Source: Eledone cirrhosa
Lineage: Eukaryota
Direction: 5' to 3'
NCBI GenBank assembly: GCA_964016885.1
Contig: OZ024744.1
Location: 131,750,001 to 131,814,000 of the forward strand
Length of the DNA stretch: 64,000 nucleotides
The notes beneath the pieces were generated by a model, which ran no database searches, was not told where the DNA came from, and saw nothing but the letters and a program-made list of their open reading frames with translations. Position 1 is the stretch's first letter. Every line of letters begins with the position of its first letter. The position numbers and the translations under genes were made by a program. This document shows, one piece after another, positions 39,211 through 51,542 of this stretch.

Positions 39211-40428
39211 TTCGGGGTTAAGTTAAGTTGGGGTTAAGTTAAGTTAGGCTTAACTTAAGTTGGGGTTAAGTTAAGTTGGGGGTAACTTAAGTTCTGGGTA
39301 AGTTAAGTTGGGGTTAAGTTGGGGTTAAGTTAAGTTAGGGTTAAGTTAAGTTGGGGTTGAGTTAAGTTGGGGTTAAGTTAAGTTGGGGTTAAGTTAAGTT
39401 GGGGTCAAGTTAAGTTGGGGTTAAAATTAAGTTGGGGTTAAGTCAAGTTGGGGTTAAGTTAAGTTGGGGTTAATTTAGTTGGGGTTAAGTTAAGTTGGGG
39501 CTAAGTTAAGTTGGGGCTAAGTTAAGTTGGGGCTAAGTTAAGTTGGGGTTAAGTTAAGTTGGGGTTAAGTTAAGTTGGGGTTAATTTAAATTGGGGTTAA
39601 GTTAACTTTGTGGTTAAGTTACGTTGGGGTTAAGTTAAGTTGGGGTTAAGTTAAGTTGGGGTTGAGTTAAGTTGGGGTTGAGTGAAGTTGGGGTTAAGTT
39701 AAGTTGGGGTTAAGTTAAGTTGGCGTTAAGTTAAGTTGGGGTTGAGTTAAGTTGGGGTTGAGTTAATTTAGGGTTAAGTTAAGTTGGGGTTAAGTTAAGT
39801 TGGGTTTAAATTAAGTTGGGGTTAAATTAAGTTGGGGTTAATTTAAGTTGGGGGTAAGTTAAGTTGGGGTTAAGTTAAGTTGGGGTTAAGTTAAGTTGGG
39901 GTTAAGTTAAGTTGGGGTCAAGTTAAGTTGGGGTTAAAATTAAGTTGGGGTTAAGTCAAGTTGGGGTTAAGTTAATTTGGGGTTAATTTAGTTGGGGTTA
40001 AGTTAAGTTGGGGCTAAGTTAAGTTGGGGCTAAGTTAAGTTGGGGCTAAGTTAAGTTGGGGTTAATTTAAGTTGGGGTTAAGTTAAGGTGGGGTTCAGTT
40101 AAGTTGCGGTTAAGTTAAGTTGGGGTTAAGTTAAGTTGGGGTTAAGTTAAGTTGGGGTTAAGTTAAGTTGGGGTTCAGTTAAGTTGCGGTTAAGTTAAGT
40201 TGGGGTTAAGTTAAGTTGGGGTTAAGTTAAGTCGGGGTTAAGTTAAGTTGGGGTCAAGTTAAGTTGGGGTTAAGTTAAGTTGGGGTTAAGTTAAGTTGGT
40301 TAGTTAAGTTGAGTTTAAGTGAAGTTGGGGTTAATTTAAGTTGGGGTTAAGTTAAGTTGGGGTTAAGTTAAGTTGGGGTTAAGTTAAGTTGGGGTTAAAT
40401 TAATTTGTGGTTAAGTTAAGTTGGGGTT

Positions 40429-40708
40429 AACCCCAACTTCACTCAACCCCACCTTAACTCAACCCCAACTTAACTTAACCCCAACTTCACTCAACCCCAA
40501 CTTAACTTAACCCCAACTTCACTCAACCCCAACTTAACTCAACCCCAACTTAACTTAACCCCAACTTAACTTAACCCTAACTTAACTTAACCCCGACTTA
40601 ACTTAACTTCGACTTAACTTAACCCCAACTTAACTTAACCCCAACTTAACTTAACACAAATTAACTTAACCCCAACTTAAATTAACCCCAACTTAAATTA
40701 ACCCCAAA
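40429..40708 (-). repeat. Inverted satellite island 9 (280 bp, internally shortened)
   Basis: Same junctions; lacks the right-hand CACACCC/CTTGAC monomers; AACACAAA 1-bp deletion. Confidence 0.96.
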
Positions 40709-43700
40709 TTCGGGGTTAAGTTAAGTTGGGGTTAAGTTAAGTTAGGCTTAACTTAAGTTGGGGTTAAGTTAAGTTGGGGGTAAGTTAAGTTCTGGGTAAG
40801 TTAAGTTGGGGTTAAGTTGGGGTTAAGTTAAGTTAGGGTTAAGTTAAGTTGGGGTTGAGTTAAGTTGGGGTTAATTTAGTTGGGGTTAAGTTAAGTTGGG
40901 GCTAAGTTAAGTTGGGGCTAAGTTAAGTTGGGGTTAAGTTAAGTTGGGGCTAAGTTAAGTTGGGGCTAAGTTAAGTTGGGGTTAAGTTAAGTTGGGGTTA
41001 AGTTAAGTTGGGGTTAATTTAAATTGGGGTTAAGTTAACTTTGTGGTTAAGTTAAGTTGGGGTTAAGTTAAGTTGGGGTTGAGTTAAGTTGGGGTTGAGT
41101 GAAGTTGGGGTTAAGTTAAGTTGGGGTTAAGTTAAGTTGGCGTTAAGTTAAGTTGGGGTTGAGTTAAGTTGGGGTTGAGTTAATTTAGGGTTAAGTTAAG
41201 TTGGGGTTAAGTTAAGTTGGGTTTAAGTTGAGTTGGGGTTAAATTAAGTTGGGGTTAAATTAAGTTGGGGTTAAGTTAAGTTGGGGGTAAGTTAAGTTGG
41301 GGTTAAGTTAAGTTGGGGTTAAGTTAAGTTGGGGTCAAGTTAAGTTGGGGTTAAAATTAAGTTGGGGTTAAGTCAAGTTGGGGTTAAGTTAAGTTGGTGT
41401 TAAGTTAAGTTGGGGCTAAGTTAAGTTGGGGTTGAGTTAAGTTGGGGTTAATTTAAATTGGGGTTAAGTTAACTTTGTGGTTAAGTTAAGTTGGGGTTAA
41501 GTTAAGTTGGGGTTAAGTTAAGTTGGGGTTGAGTTAAGTTGGGGTTGAGTGAAGTTGGGGTTAAGTTAAGTTGGGTTTAAGTTAAGTTGGCGTTAAGTTA
41601 AGTTGGGGTTGAGTGATGTTGGGGTTGAGTTAATTTAGGTTTAAGTTAAGTTGGGGTTAAGTTTAGTTTGATTTTAAGTTAAGTTGGTGTTAAGTTAAGT
41701 TGGGACTAAGTTAAGTTGGGGTTGAGTTAAGTTGGGGTTAATTTAAATTGGGGTTAAGTTAACTTTGTGGTTAAGTTAAGTTGGGGTTAAGTTAAGTTGG
41801 GGTTAAGTTAAGTTGGGGTTGAGTTAAGTTGGGGTTGAGTGAAGTTGGGGTTAAGTTAAGTTGGGGTTAAGTTAAGTTGGCGTTAAGTTAAGTTGGGGTT
41901 GAGTTAAGTTGGGGTTGAGTTAATTTGGGGTTAAGTTAAGTTGGGGTTAAGTTAAGTTGGGTTTAAGGTAAGTTGGGGTTAAGTTAAGTTGGGGGTAAGT
42001 TAAGTTGGGGTTAATTAAGTTGGGGTTAAGTTAAGTTGGGGTTAAGTTAAGTTGGGGTCAAGTTAAGTTGGGGTTAAAATTAAGTTGGGGTTAAGTCAAG
42101 TTGGGGTTAAGTTAAGTTGGGGTTAATTTAGTTGGGGTTAAGTTAAGTTGGGGCTAAGTTAAGTTGGGGCTAAGTTAAGTTGGGGCTAACTTAAGTTGGG
42201 GTTAAGTTAAGTTGGGGTTAAGTTAAGGTGGGGTTAATTTAAGTTGGGGTCAACTTAAATTGGGGTTAAGTTAAGTTGGGGTTAAGTTAAGTTGGGGTTA
42301 AGTTAAGTTGGGGTTAAGTTAAGTTGGTGTTAAGTTAAGTTGGGGCTAAGTTAAGTTGGGGCTGAGTTAAGTTGGGGCTGAGTTAAGTTGGGGTTAAGTT
42401 AAGTTGGGGTTGAGTTAAGTTGGGGTTAAGTTAAGTTGGGGTTAAGTTAAGTTGGGGTTAAGTTAAGTTGGGGTTAAGTTAAGTTGGGGTTGAGTTAAGT
42501 TGGGGTTAAGTTAAGTTGGGGTTAAGTTAAGTTGGGGTTCAGTTAATTTGGGGTTAAGTTAAGTTGGGGTTAAGATGGGGTTAAATTAAGTCGGGGTTAA
42601 GTTAAGTTAGGGTTAATTTAAGTTGGAGTTGAGTTATGTTGGGGTTAAGTTAAGTTGGGGTTAAGTTAAGTTGCAGTTAATTTAAGTTGAGGTTAAGTTA
42701 AGTTGGGGTTAAGTTAAGTTGGGGTTAAGTTAAGTTGGGGCTAAGTTAAGTTGGGGCTAAGTTAAGTTGGGGCTAAGTTAAGTTGGGGTTCAGTTAAGTT
42801 GGGGTTAAGTTAAGTTTGGGTTAAGTTGGGGTTAAATTAAGTTGGGGTTAAGTTAAGTTGGGGTTTAGTTAAGTTGGGGTTAAGTTAAGTTGGGGTTAAT
42901 TTAAGTTGGGGTTAAGTTAAGTTGGGGTTAAGTTAAGTGGTGGTTATGTTAAGCTGGGGTTAAGTTAAGTTGGGGTTAATTTAAATTGGGGTTAAGTTAA
43001 CTTTGTGGTTAAGTTAAGTGGGGGTTAAGTTAAGTTGGGGTTAAGTTAAGTTGGGGTTAATTTAAGTTGGGGTTAATTTAAGTCGGGGTTAAGTTAAGTT
43101 GGCGTTGAGTTAAGTTGGGGTTAATTTAAGTTGGGGCTAAGTTAATTTGTGGTTAAGTTAAGTTGGGGTTAAGTTGGGGTTGAGTTAAGTTGGGGTTGAG
43201 TTAATTTAGGGTTAAGTTAAGTTGGGGTTAAGTTAAGTTGGGTTTAAGTTAAGTTGGGGTTAAATTAAGTTGGGGTTAAATTAAGTTGGGGTTAAGTTAG
43301 GTTGGGGGTAAGTTAAGTTGGGGGCAAGTTAAGTTGGGGTTAAGTTAAGTTGGGGTCAAATTAAGTTGGGGTTAAGTTAAGTTGGTGTTAAGTTAAGTTG
43401 GGGTTTATTTAAGTTGGGGTTAATTAAGTTGGGGTTAAGTTAAGTTGGGGTTAAGTTAAGTTGGGGTTAATTTAAGTTGGGGTTGAGTTAAGTTGGGGTT
43501 AAGTTAAGTTGGGTTTATATTAAGTTGGGGTTAAGTTAAGTTGGGGTTAAGTTAAGTTGGGGTTCAGTTAAGTTGCGGTTAAGTTAAGTTGGGGTTAAGT
43601 TAAGTTGGGGTTAAGTTAAGTTGGGGTTAAGTTAAGTTGGGGTTAAGTTAAGTTGGTGTTAAGTTAAGTTGGGGCTAAGTTAAGTTGGGGCTGAGTTAAG

Positions 43701-45174
43701 TTGGGGTTAAGTTAAGTTGGGGTTGAGTTAAGTTGGGGTTAAGTTAAGTTGGGGTTAAGTTAAGTTGGGGTTTAGTTAAGTTGGGGTTCAGTTAAGTTGG
43801 GGTTAAGTTAAGTTTGGGTTAAGTTGGGGTTAAATTAATTTGGGGTTAAGTTAAGTTGGAGTTTAGTTTAGTTGGGGTTAAGTTAAGTTGGGGTTAATTT
43901 AAGTTGGGGTTAAGTTAAGTTGCGGGTAATTTAAGTTGGGGTTAAGTTAAGTTGGGGTTAAGTTAAGTTGGGGTTAAGTTAAGTTGGGGTTAAGTTAAGT
44001 TGGGGTTAAGTTAAGTTGGGGTTAAGTTAAGTTGGGGTTAAGTTAAGTTGGGGTCAAGTTAAGTTGGGGTTAAAATTAAGTTGGGGTTTAGTTAAGTTGG
44101 GGTTCAGTTAAGTTGGGGTTAAGTTAAGTTTAGGTTAAGTTGGGGTTAAATTAATTTGGGGTTAAGTTAAGTTGGGGTTTAGTTAAGTTGGGGTTAAGTT
44201 AAGTTGGGGTTAATTTAAGTTGGGGTTAAGTTAAGTTGCGGGTAATTTAAGTTGGGGTTAAGTTAAGTTGGGGTTAAGTTAAGTTGGGGTTAAGTTAAGT
44301 TGGGGGTAAGTTAAGTTGGGGGTAAGTTAAGTTGGGGGTAAGTTAAGTTGGGGTTAAGTTAAGTTGGGGTTAAGTTAAGTTAGGGTTAAGTTAAGTTGGG
44401 GTTGAGTTAAGTTGGGGTTAAGTTAAGTTGGGGTTATGTTAAGTTGGGGTTAAGTTAAATTGGGGTTAAATTAAGTTGGGGTTAAGTTAAGTTGGGGTTA
44501 AGTTAAGTTGGGGTTAAGTTAGATTGTGGTTAAGTTAAGTTGGGGTTAAGTTAAGTTGGGGTTAATTTAAGTTGGGGTTAAGTTAAGGCGGGGTTAAGTT
44601 GAGTTGGTGTTAAGTTAGGTTGGGGTTAAGTTAAGTTGGGGTTGAGTTAATTTTGGGTTAATTTAAGTTGGGGGTACTTAAGTTGGGTTTAAGTTAAGTG
44701 GGGTTAAGTTAAGTTGGGGTTAAGTTAAGTTGGGGTTTAGTTAAGTTGGGGTTAAGTTAGGTTGTGGTTAAGTTAAGTTGGGGGTAAGTTAAGTTGGGGG
44801 TAAGTTAAGTTGGGGTTAATTTAAGTTGGGTCTAATTAAGTTGGGGTTAAGTTAAGTTGGGGTTAAGTAAAGTTGGGGTTGAGTTAAGTTGGGGTTAATT
44901 TAAGTTGGGGCTAAGTTAATTTGTGGTTAAGTTAAGTTGGGGTTAAGTTAAGTTGGGGTTAAGTTAAGTTGGGGCTGAGTTAAGTTGGGGTTGAGTTAAT
45001 TTAGGGTTAAGTTAAGTTGGGGTTACGTTAAGTTGGGTTTAAGTTAAGTTGGGGTTAAATTAAGTTGGGGTTAAGTTAAGTTGGGGGTAAGTTAAGTTGG
45101 GGGCAAGTTAAGTTGGGGATAAGTTAAGTTGGGGTTAAATTAAGTTGGGGTTAAGTTAAGTTGGTGTTAAGTTA

Positions 45175-48100
45175 AGTTGGGGTTTATTTAAGTTGGGGTT
45201 AATTAAGTTGGGGTTAAGTTTAGTTGGGGTTAAGTTAAGTTGGGGTTAATTTAAGTTGGGGTTGAGTTAAGTTGGGGTTAAGTTAAGTTGGGTTTATATT
45301 AAGTTGGGGTTAAGTTAAGTTGGGGTTAAGTTAAGTTGGGGTTCAGTTAAGTTGCGGTTAATTTAAGTTGGGGTTAAGTTAAGTTGGGGTTAAGTTAAGT
45401 TGGGGTTAAGTTAAGTTGGGGTTAAGTTAAGTTGGGGTTAAGTTAAGTTGGGGTTTAGTTAAGTTGGGGTTCAGTTAAGTTGGGGTTAAGTTAAGTTTAG
45501 GTTAAGTTGGGGTTAAATTAATTTGGGTTTAAGTTAAGTTGGGGTTTAGTTAAGTTGGGCTTAAGTTAAGTTGGGGTTAATTTAAGTTGGGGTTAAGTTA
45601 AGTTGCGGGTAATTTAAGTTGGGGTTAAGTTAAGTTGGGGTTAAGTTAAGTTGGGGTTAAGTTAAGTTAGGGTTAAGTTAAGTTGGGGGTAAGTTAAGTT
45701 GGGGGTAAGTTAAGTTGGGGGTAAGTTAAGTTGGGGTTAAGTTAAGTTGGGGTTAAGTTAAGTTAGGGTTAAGTTAAGTTGGGGTTGAGTTAAATTGGGG
45801 TTAAGTTAAGTTGGGGTTATGTTAAGTTGGGGTTAAGTTAAGTTGCGGTTAAGTTAAGTTGGGGTTAAGTTAAGTTGGGGTAAAGTTAAATTGGGGTTAA
45901 GTTAAGTTGGGGTTAAGTTAAGTTGGGGTTAATTTAAGTTGGGGTTAAGTTAGATTGTCGTTAAGTTAAGTTGGGGTTAAGTTAAGTTGGGGTTAAGTTA
46001 AGGCGGGGTTAAGTTGAGTTGGTGTTAAGTTAAGTTGGGGTTAAGTTAAGTTGGGGTTGAGTTAATTTTGGGTTAACTTAAGTTGGGGGTACTTAAGTTG
46101 GGTTTAAGTTAAGTGGGGTTAAGTTAAGTTGGGGTTAAGTTAAGTTGGCATTAAGTTAGGTTGTGGTTAAGTTAAGTTGGGGGTAAGTTAAGTTGGGAGT
46201 AAGTTAAGTTGGGGTTAATTTAGGTTGGGTCTAATTACGTTGGGGTTAAGATAAGTTGGGGTTAAGTTAAGTTGGGGTTGAGTTAATTTGGGGTTAACTT
46301 AAGTTGGGGGTACTTAAGTTGGGGTTAAGTTAAGTTGGGGTTAAGTTAAGTGGTGGTTATGTTAAGTTGGGGTTAAGTTAAGTTGGGGTTAATTTAAATT
46401 GGGGTTAAGTTAACTTTGTGGTTAAGTTAAGTTGGGGTTAAGTTAAGTTGGGGTTCAGTTAAGTTGCGGTTAAGTTAAGTTGGGGTTAAGTTAAGTTGGG
46501 GTCAAGTTAAGCTGGGGTTAAGTTAAGTTGGGGTTAAGTTAGGTTGGTTAGTTAAGTTGAGTTTAAGTTAAGTTGGGGTTAATTTAAGTTGGGTTTAAGT
46601 TAAGTTGGGGTTAAGTTAAGTTGGGGTTAAGTTAAGTTGGGGTCAAGTTAAGTTGGGGTTAAAATTAAGTTGGGGTTTAGTTAAGTTGGGGTTCAATTAA
46701 GTTGGGGTTAAGTTAAGTTTAGGTTAAGTTGGGGTTAAATTAATTTGGGGTTAAGTTAAGTTGGGGTTTAGTTAAGTTGGGGTTAAGTTAAGTTGGGGTT
46801 AATTTAAGTTGGGGTTAAGTTAAGTTGCGGGTAATTTAAGTTGGGGTTAAGTTAAGTTGGGGTTAAGTTAAGTTGGGGTTAAGTTAAGTTGGGGTTAAGT
46901 TAAGTTGGGGGTAAGTTAAGTTGGGGGTAAGTTAAGTTGGGGGTAAGTTAAGTTGGGGTTGAGTTAAGTTGGGGTTAAGTTAAGTTGGGGTTATGTTAAG
47001 TTGGGGTTAAGTTAAGTTGGGGTTAAGTTAAATTGGGGTTAAGTTAAGTTGGGGTTAAGTTAAGTTGGGGTTAAGTTAACTTGGGGTTTATTTAAGTTGG
47101 GGTTAATTAAGTTGGGGTTAAGTTTAGTTGGGGTTAAGTTAAGTTGGGGTTAATTTAAGTTGGGGTTGAGTTAAGTTGGGGTTAAGTTAAGTTGGGTTTA
47201 TATTAAGTTGGGGTTAAGTTAAGTTGGGGTTAAGTTAAGTTGGGGTTCAGTTAAGTTGCGGTTAATTTAAGTTGGGGTTAAGTTAAGTTGGGGTTAAGTT
47301 AAGTTGGGGTTAAGTTAAGTTGGGGTTAAGTTAAGTTGGGGTTAAGTTAAGTTGGGGTTTAGTTAAGTTGGGGTTCAGTTAAGTTGGGGTTAAGTTAAAT
47401 TTAGGTTAAGTTGGGGTTAAATTAATTTGGGTTTAAGTTAAGTTGGGGTTTAGTTAAGTTGGGCTTAAGTTAAGTTGGGGTTAATTTAAGTTGGGGTTAA
47501 GTTAAGTTGCGGGTAATTTAAGTTGGGGTTAAGTTAAGTTGGGGTTAAGTTAAGTTGGGGTTAAGTTAAGTTAGGGTTAAGTTAAGTTGGGGGTAAGTTA
47601 AGTTGGGGGTAAGTTAAGTTGGGGGTAAGTTAAGTTGGGGTTAAGTTAAGTTGGGGTTAAGTTAAGTTAGGGTTAAGTTAAGTTGGGGTTGAGTTAAATT
47701 GGGGTTAAGTTAAGTTGGGGTTATTTTAAGTTGGGGTTAAGTTAAGTTGCGGTTAAGTTAAGTTGGGGTTAAGTTAAGTTGGGGTAAAGTTAAATTGGGG
47801 TTAAGTTAAGTTGGGGTTAAGTTAAGTTGGGGTTAATTTAAGTTGGGGTTAAGTTAGATTGTCGTTAAGTTAAGTTGGGGTTAAGTTAAGTTGGGGTTAA
47901 GTTAAGGCGGGGTTAAGTTGAGTTGGTGTTAAGTTAAGTTGGGGTTAAGTTAAGTTGGGGTTGAGTTAATTTTGGGTTAACTTAAGTTGGGGGTACTTAA
48001 GTTGGGTTTAAGTTAAGTGGGGTTAAGTTAAGTTGGGGTTAAGTTAAGTTGGCATTAAGTTAGGTTGTGGTTAAGTTAAGTTGGGGGTAAGTTAAGTTGG

Positions 48101-48990
48101 GAGTAAGTTAAGTTGGGGTTAATTTAGGTTGGGTCTAATTAAGTTGGGGTTAAGATAAGTTGGGGTTAAGTTAAGTTGGGGTTGAGTTAATTTGGGGTTA
48201 ACTTAAGTTGGGGGTACTTAAGTTGGGGTTAAGTTAAGTTGGGGTTAAGTTAAGTGGTGGTTATGTTAAGTTGGGGTTAAGTTAAGTTGGGGTTAATTTA
48301 AATTGGGGTTAAGTTAACTTTGTGGTTAAGTTAAGTTGGGGTTAAGTTAAGTTGGGGTTCAGTTAAGTTGCGGTTAAGTTAAGTTGGGGTTAAGTTAAGT
48401 TGGGGTCAAGTTAAGCTGGGGTTAAGTTAAGTTGGGGTTAAGTTAGGTTGGTTAGTTAAGTTGAGTTTAAGTTAAGTTGGGGTTAATTTAAGTTGGGTTT
48501 AAGTTAAGTTGGGGTTAAGTTAAGTTGGGGTTAAGTTAAGTTGGGGTCAAGTTAAGTTGGGGTTAAAATTAAGTTGGGGTTTAGTTAAGTTGGGGTTCAA
48601 TTAAGTTGGGGTTAAGTTAAGTTTAGGTTAAGTTGGGGTTAAATTAATTTGGGGTTAAGTTAAGTTGGGGTTTAGTTAAGTTGGGGTTAAGTTAAGTTGG
48701 GGTTAATTTAAGTTGGGGTTAAGTTAAGTTGCGGGTAATTTAAGTTGGGGTTAAGTTAAGTTGGGGTTAAGTTAAGTTGGGGTTAAGTTAAGTTGGGGTT
48801 AAGTTAAGTTGGGGGTAAGTTAAGTTGGGGGTAAGTTAAGTTGGGGGTAAGTTAAGTTGGGGTTGAGTTAAGTTGGGGTTAAGTTAAGTTGGGGTTATGT
48901 TAAGTTGGGGTTAAGTTAAGTTGGGGTTAAGTTAAATTGGGGTTAAGTTAAGTTGGGGTTAAGTTAAGTTGGGGTTAAGTTAAGTTGGGG
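45175..48990 (+). repeat. Tandem higher-order duplication, period 1,904 bp (two copies)
   Basis: GGTTTATTTA at 45181/47085, the C of ATTGTCG at 45959/47863, and GTTCAATT at 46691/48595 all show offset 1,904. Ends are approximate. Confidence 0.88.
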
Positions 48991-51133
48991 TTAAGTTAGA
49001 TTGTGGTTAAGTTAAGTTGGGGTTAAGTTAAGTTGGGGTTAAGTTAAGTTGGGGTTGAGTTAATTTTGGGTTAACTTAAGTTGGGGGTACTTAAGTTGGG
49101 TTTAAGTTAAGTGGGGTTAAGTTAAGTTGGGGTTAAGTTAAGTTGGGGTTAAGTTAAGTTGGGGTTAAGTTAGGTTGTGGTTAAGTTAAGTTGGGGGTAA
49201 GTTAAGTTGGGGGTAAGTTAAGTTGGGGTTAATTTAAGTTGGGTCTAATTAAGTTGGGGTTAAGTTAAGTTGGGGTTAAGTTAAGTTGGGGTTGAGTTAA
49301 GTTGTTGTTAATTTAAGTTGGGGCTAAGTTAATTTGTGGTTAAGTTAGGTTGGGGTTAAGTTAAGTTGGGGTTAAGTTAAGTTGGGGCTGAGTTAAGTTG
49401 GGGTTGAGTTAATTTAGGGTTAAGTTAAGTTGGGGTTAAGTTAAGTTGGGTTTAAGTTAAGTTGGGGGTAAGTTAAGTTGGGGGCAAGTTAAGTTGGGGT
49501 TAAGTTAAGTTGGGGTTAAATTAAGTTGGGGTTAAGTTAAGTTGGTGTTAAGTTAAGTTGGAGTTAAGTTAAGTTGGGGTTAAGTTAAGTTGGGGTTAAG
49601 TTAAGTTGGGGTTAAGTTAAGTTGGTGTTAAGTTAAGTTGGGGCTAAGTTAAGTTGGGGCTGAGTTAAGTTGGGGCTGAGTTAAGTTGGGGTTAAGTTAA
49701 GTTGGGGTTGAGTTAAGTTGGGGTTAAGTTAAGTTGGGGTTAAGTTAAGTTGGGGTTAAGTTAAGTTGGGGTTAAGTTAAGTTGGGGTTTAGTTAAGTTG
49801 GGGTTCAGTTAAGTTGGGGTTAAGTTAAGTTTAGGTTAAGTTGGGGTTAAATTAATTTGGGTTTAAGTTAAGTTGGGGTTTAGTTAAGTTGGGCTTAAGT
49901 TAAGTTGGGGTTAATTTAAGTTGGGGTTAAGTTAAGTTGCGGGTAATTTAAGTTGGGGTTAAGTTAAGTTGGGGTTAAGTTAAGTTGGGGTTAAGTTAAG
50001 TTAGGGTTAAGTTAAGTTGGGGGTAAGTTAAGTTGGGGGTAAGTTAAGTTGGGGGTAAGTTAAGTTGGGGTTAAGTTAAGTTGGGGTTAAGTTAAGTTAG
50101 GGTTAAGTTAAGTTGGGGTTGAGTTAAATTGGGGTTAAGTTAAGTTGGGGTTATGTTAAGTTGGGGTTAAGTTAAGTTGCGGTTAAGTTAAGTTGGGGTT
50201 AAGTTAAGTTGGGGTAAAGTTAAATTGGGGTTAAGTTAAGTTGGGGTTAAGTTAAGTTGGGGTTAATTTAAGTTGGGGTTAAGTTAGATTGTCGTTAAGT
50301 TAAGTTGGGGTTAAGTTAAGTTGGGGTTAAGTTAAGGCGGGGTTAAGTTGAGTTGGTGTTAAGTTAAGTTGGGGTTAAGTTAAGTTGGGGTTGAGTTAAT
50401 TTTGGGTTAACTTAAGTTGGGGGTACTTAAGTTGGGTTTAAGTTAAGTGGGTTTAAGTTAAGTTGGGGTTAAGTTAAGTTGGCATTAAGTTAGGTTGTGG
50501 TTAAGTTAAGTTGGGGGTAAGTTAAGTTGGGAGTAAGTTAAGTTGGGGTTAATTTAGGTTGGGTCTAATTAAGTTGGGGTTAAGATAAGTTGGGGTTAAG
50601 TTAAGTTGGGGTTGAGTTAATTTGGGGTTAACTTAAGTTGGGGGTACTTAAGTTGGGGTTAAGTTAAGTTGGGGTTAAGTTAAGTGGTGGTTATGTTAAG
50701 TTGGGGTTAAGTTAAGTTGGGGTTAATTTAAATTGGGGTTAAGTTAACTTTGTGGTTAAGTTAAGTTGGGGTTAAGTTAAGTTGGGGTTCAGTTAAGTTG
50801 CGGTTAAGTTAAGTTGGGGTTAAGTTAAGTTGGGGTCAAGTTAAGCTGGGGTTAAGTTAAGTTGGGGTTAAGTTAGGTTGGTTAGTTAAGTTGAGTTTAA
50901 GTTAAGTTGGGGTTAATTTAAGTTGGGTTTAAGTTAAGTTGGGGTTAAGTTAAGTTGGGGTTAAGTTAAGTTGGGGTTAAGTTAATTTGGGGTTCAGTTA
51001 AGTTGGGGTTAAGTCAAGTTGGGGTTAAGTTGGGGTTAAATTAATTTGGGGTTAAGTTAAGTTAGGGTTAAGTTAAGTTGGGGTTAAGTTAAGTTGGGGT
51101 TAAGTTAATTTGTGGTTAAGTTAAGTTGGGGTT

Positions 51134-51542
51134 AACCCCAACTTCACTCAACCCCACCTTAACTCAACCCCAACTTAACTTAACCCCAACTTCACTCAAC
51201 CCCAACTTAACTTAACCCCAACTTCACTCAACCCCAACTTAACTCAAACCCAACTTAACTTAACCCCAACTTAACTTAACCCTAAGTTAACTTAACCCCG
51301 ACTTAACTTAACTTCGACTTAACTTAACCCCAACTTAACTTAACCCCAACTTAACTTAACCCCAACTTAACTTAACCACAAATTAACTTAACCCCAACTT
51401 AAATTAACCCCAACTTAAATTAACCCCAACTTAACTTAACCCCAACTTAACTCACACCCAACTTAACTTACCCCCAACTTAACTTAACCCCAACTTGACT
51501 TAACCCCAACTTAACTTAACCCCAACTTAATTTAACCCCAAA
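51134..51542 (-). repeat. Inverted satellite island 10 (409 bp)
   Basis: C-rich orientation with the same junctions. Confidence 0.97.

Larger units (their letters stand above)
1..39937 (+). repeat. Near-identical tandem macro-duplication, period 20,333 bp (1-19604 matches 20334-39937)
   Basis: Island starts 2364/22697, 15063/35396, 16858/37191 and 18453/38786 all differ by 20,333. Position 1 matches 20334. The match breaks at 19605 versus 39938. Confidence 0.93.
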
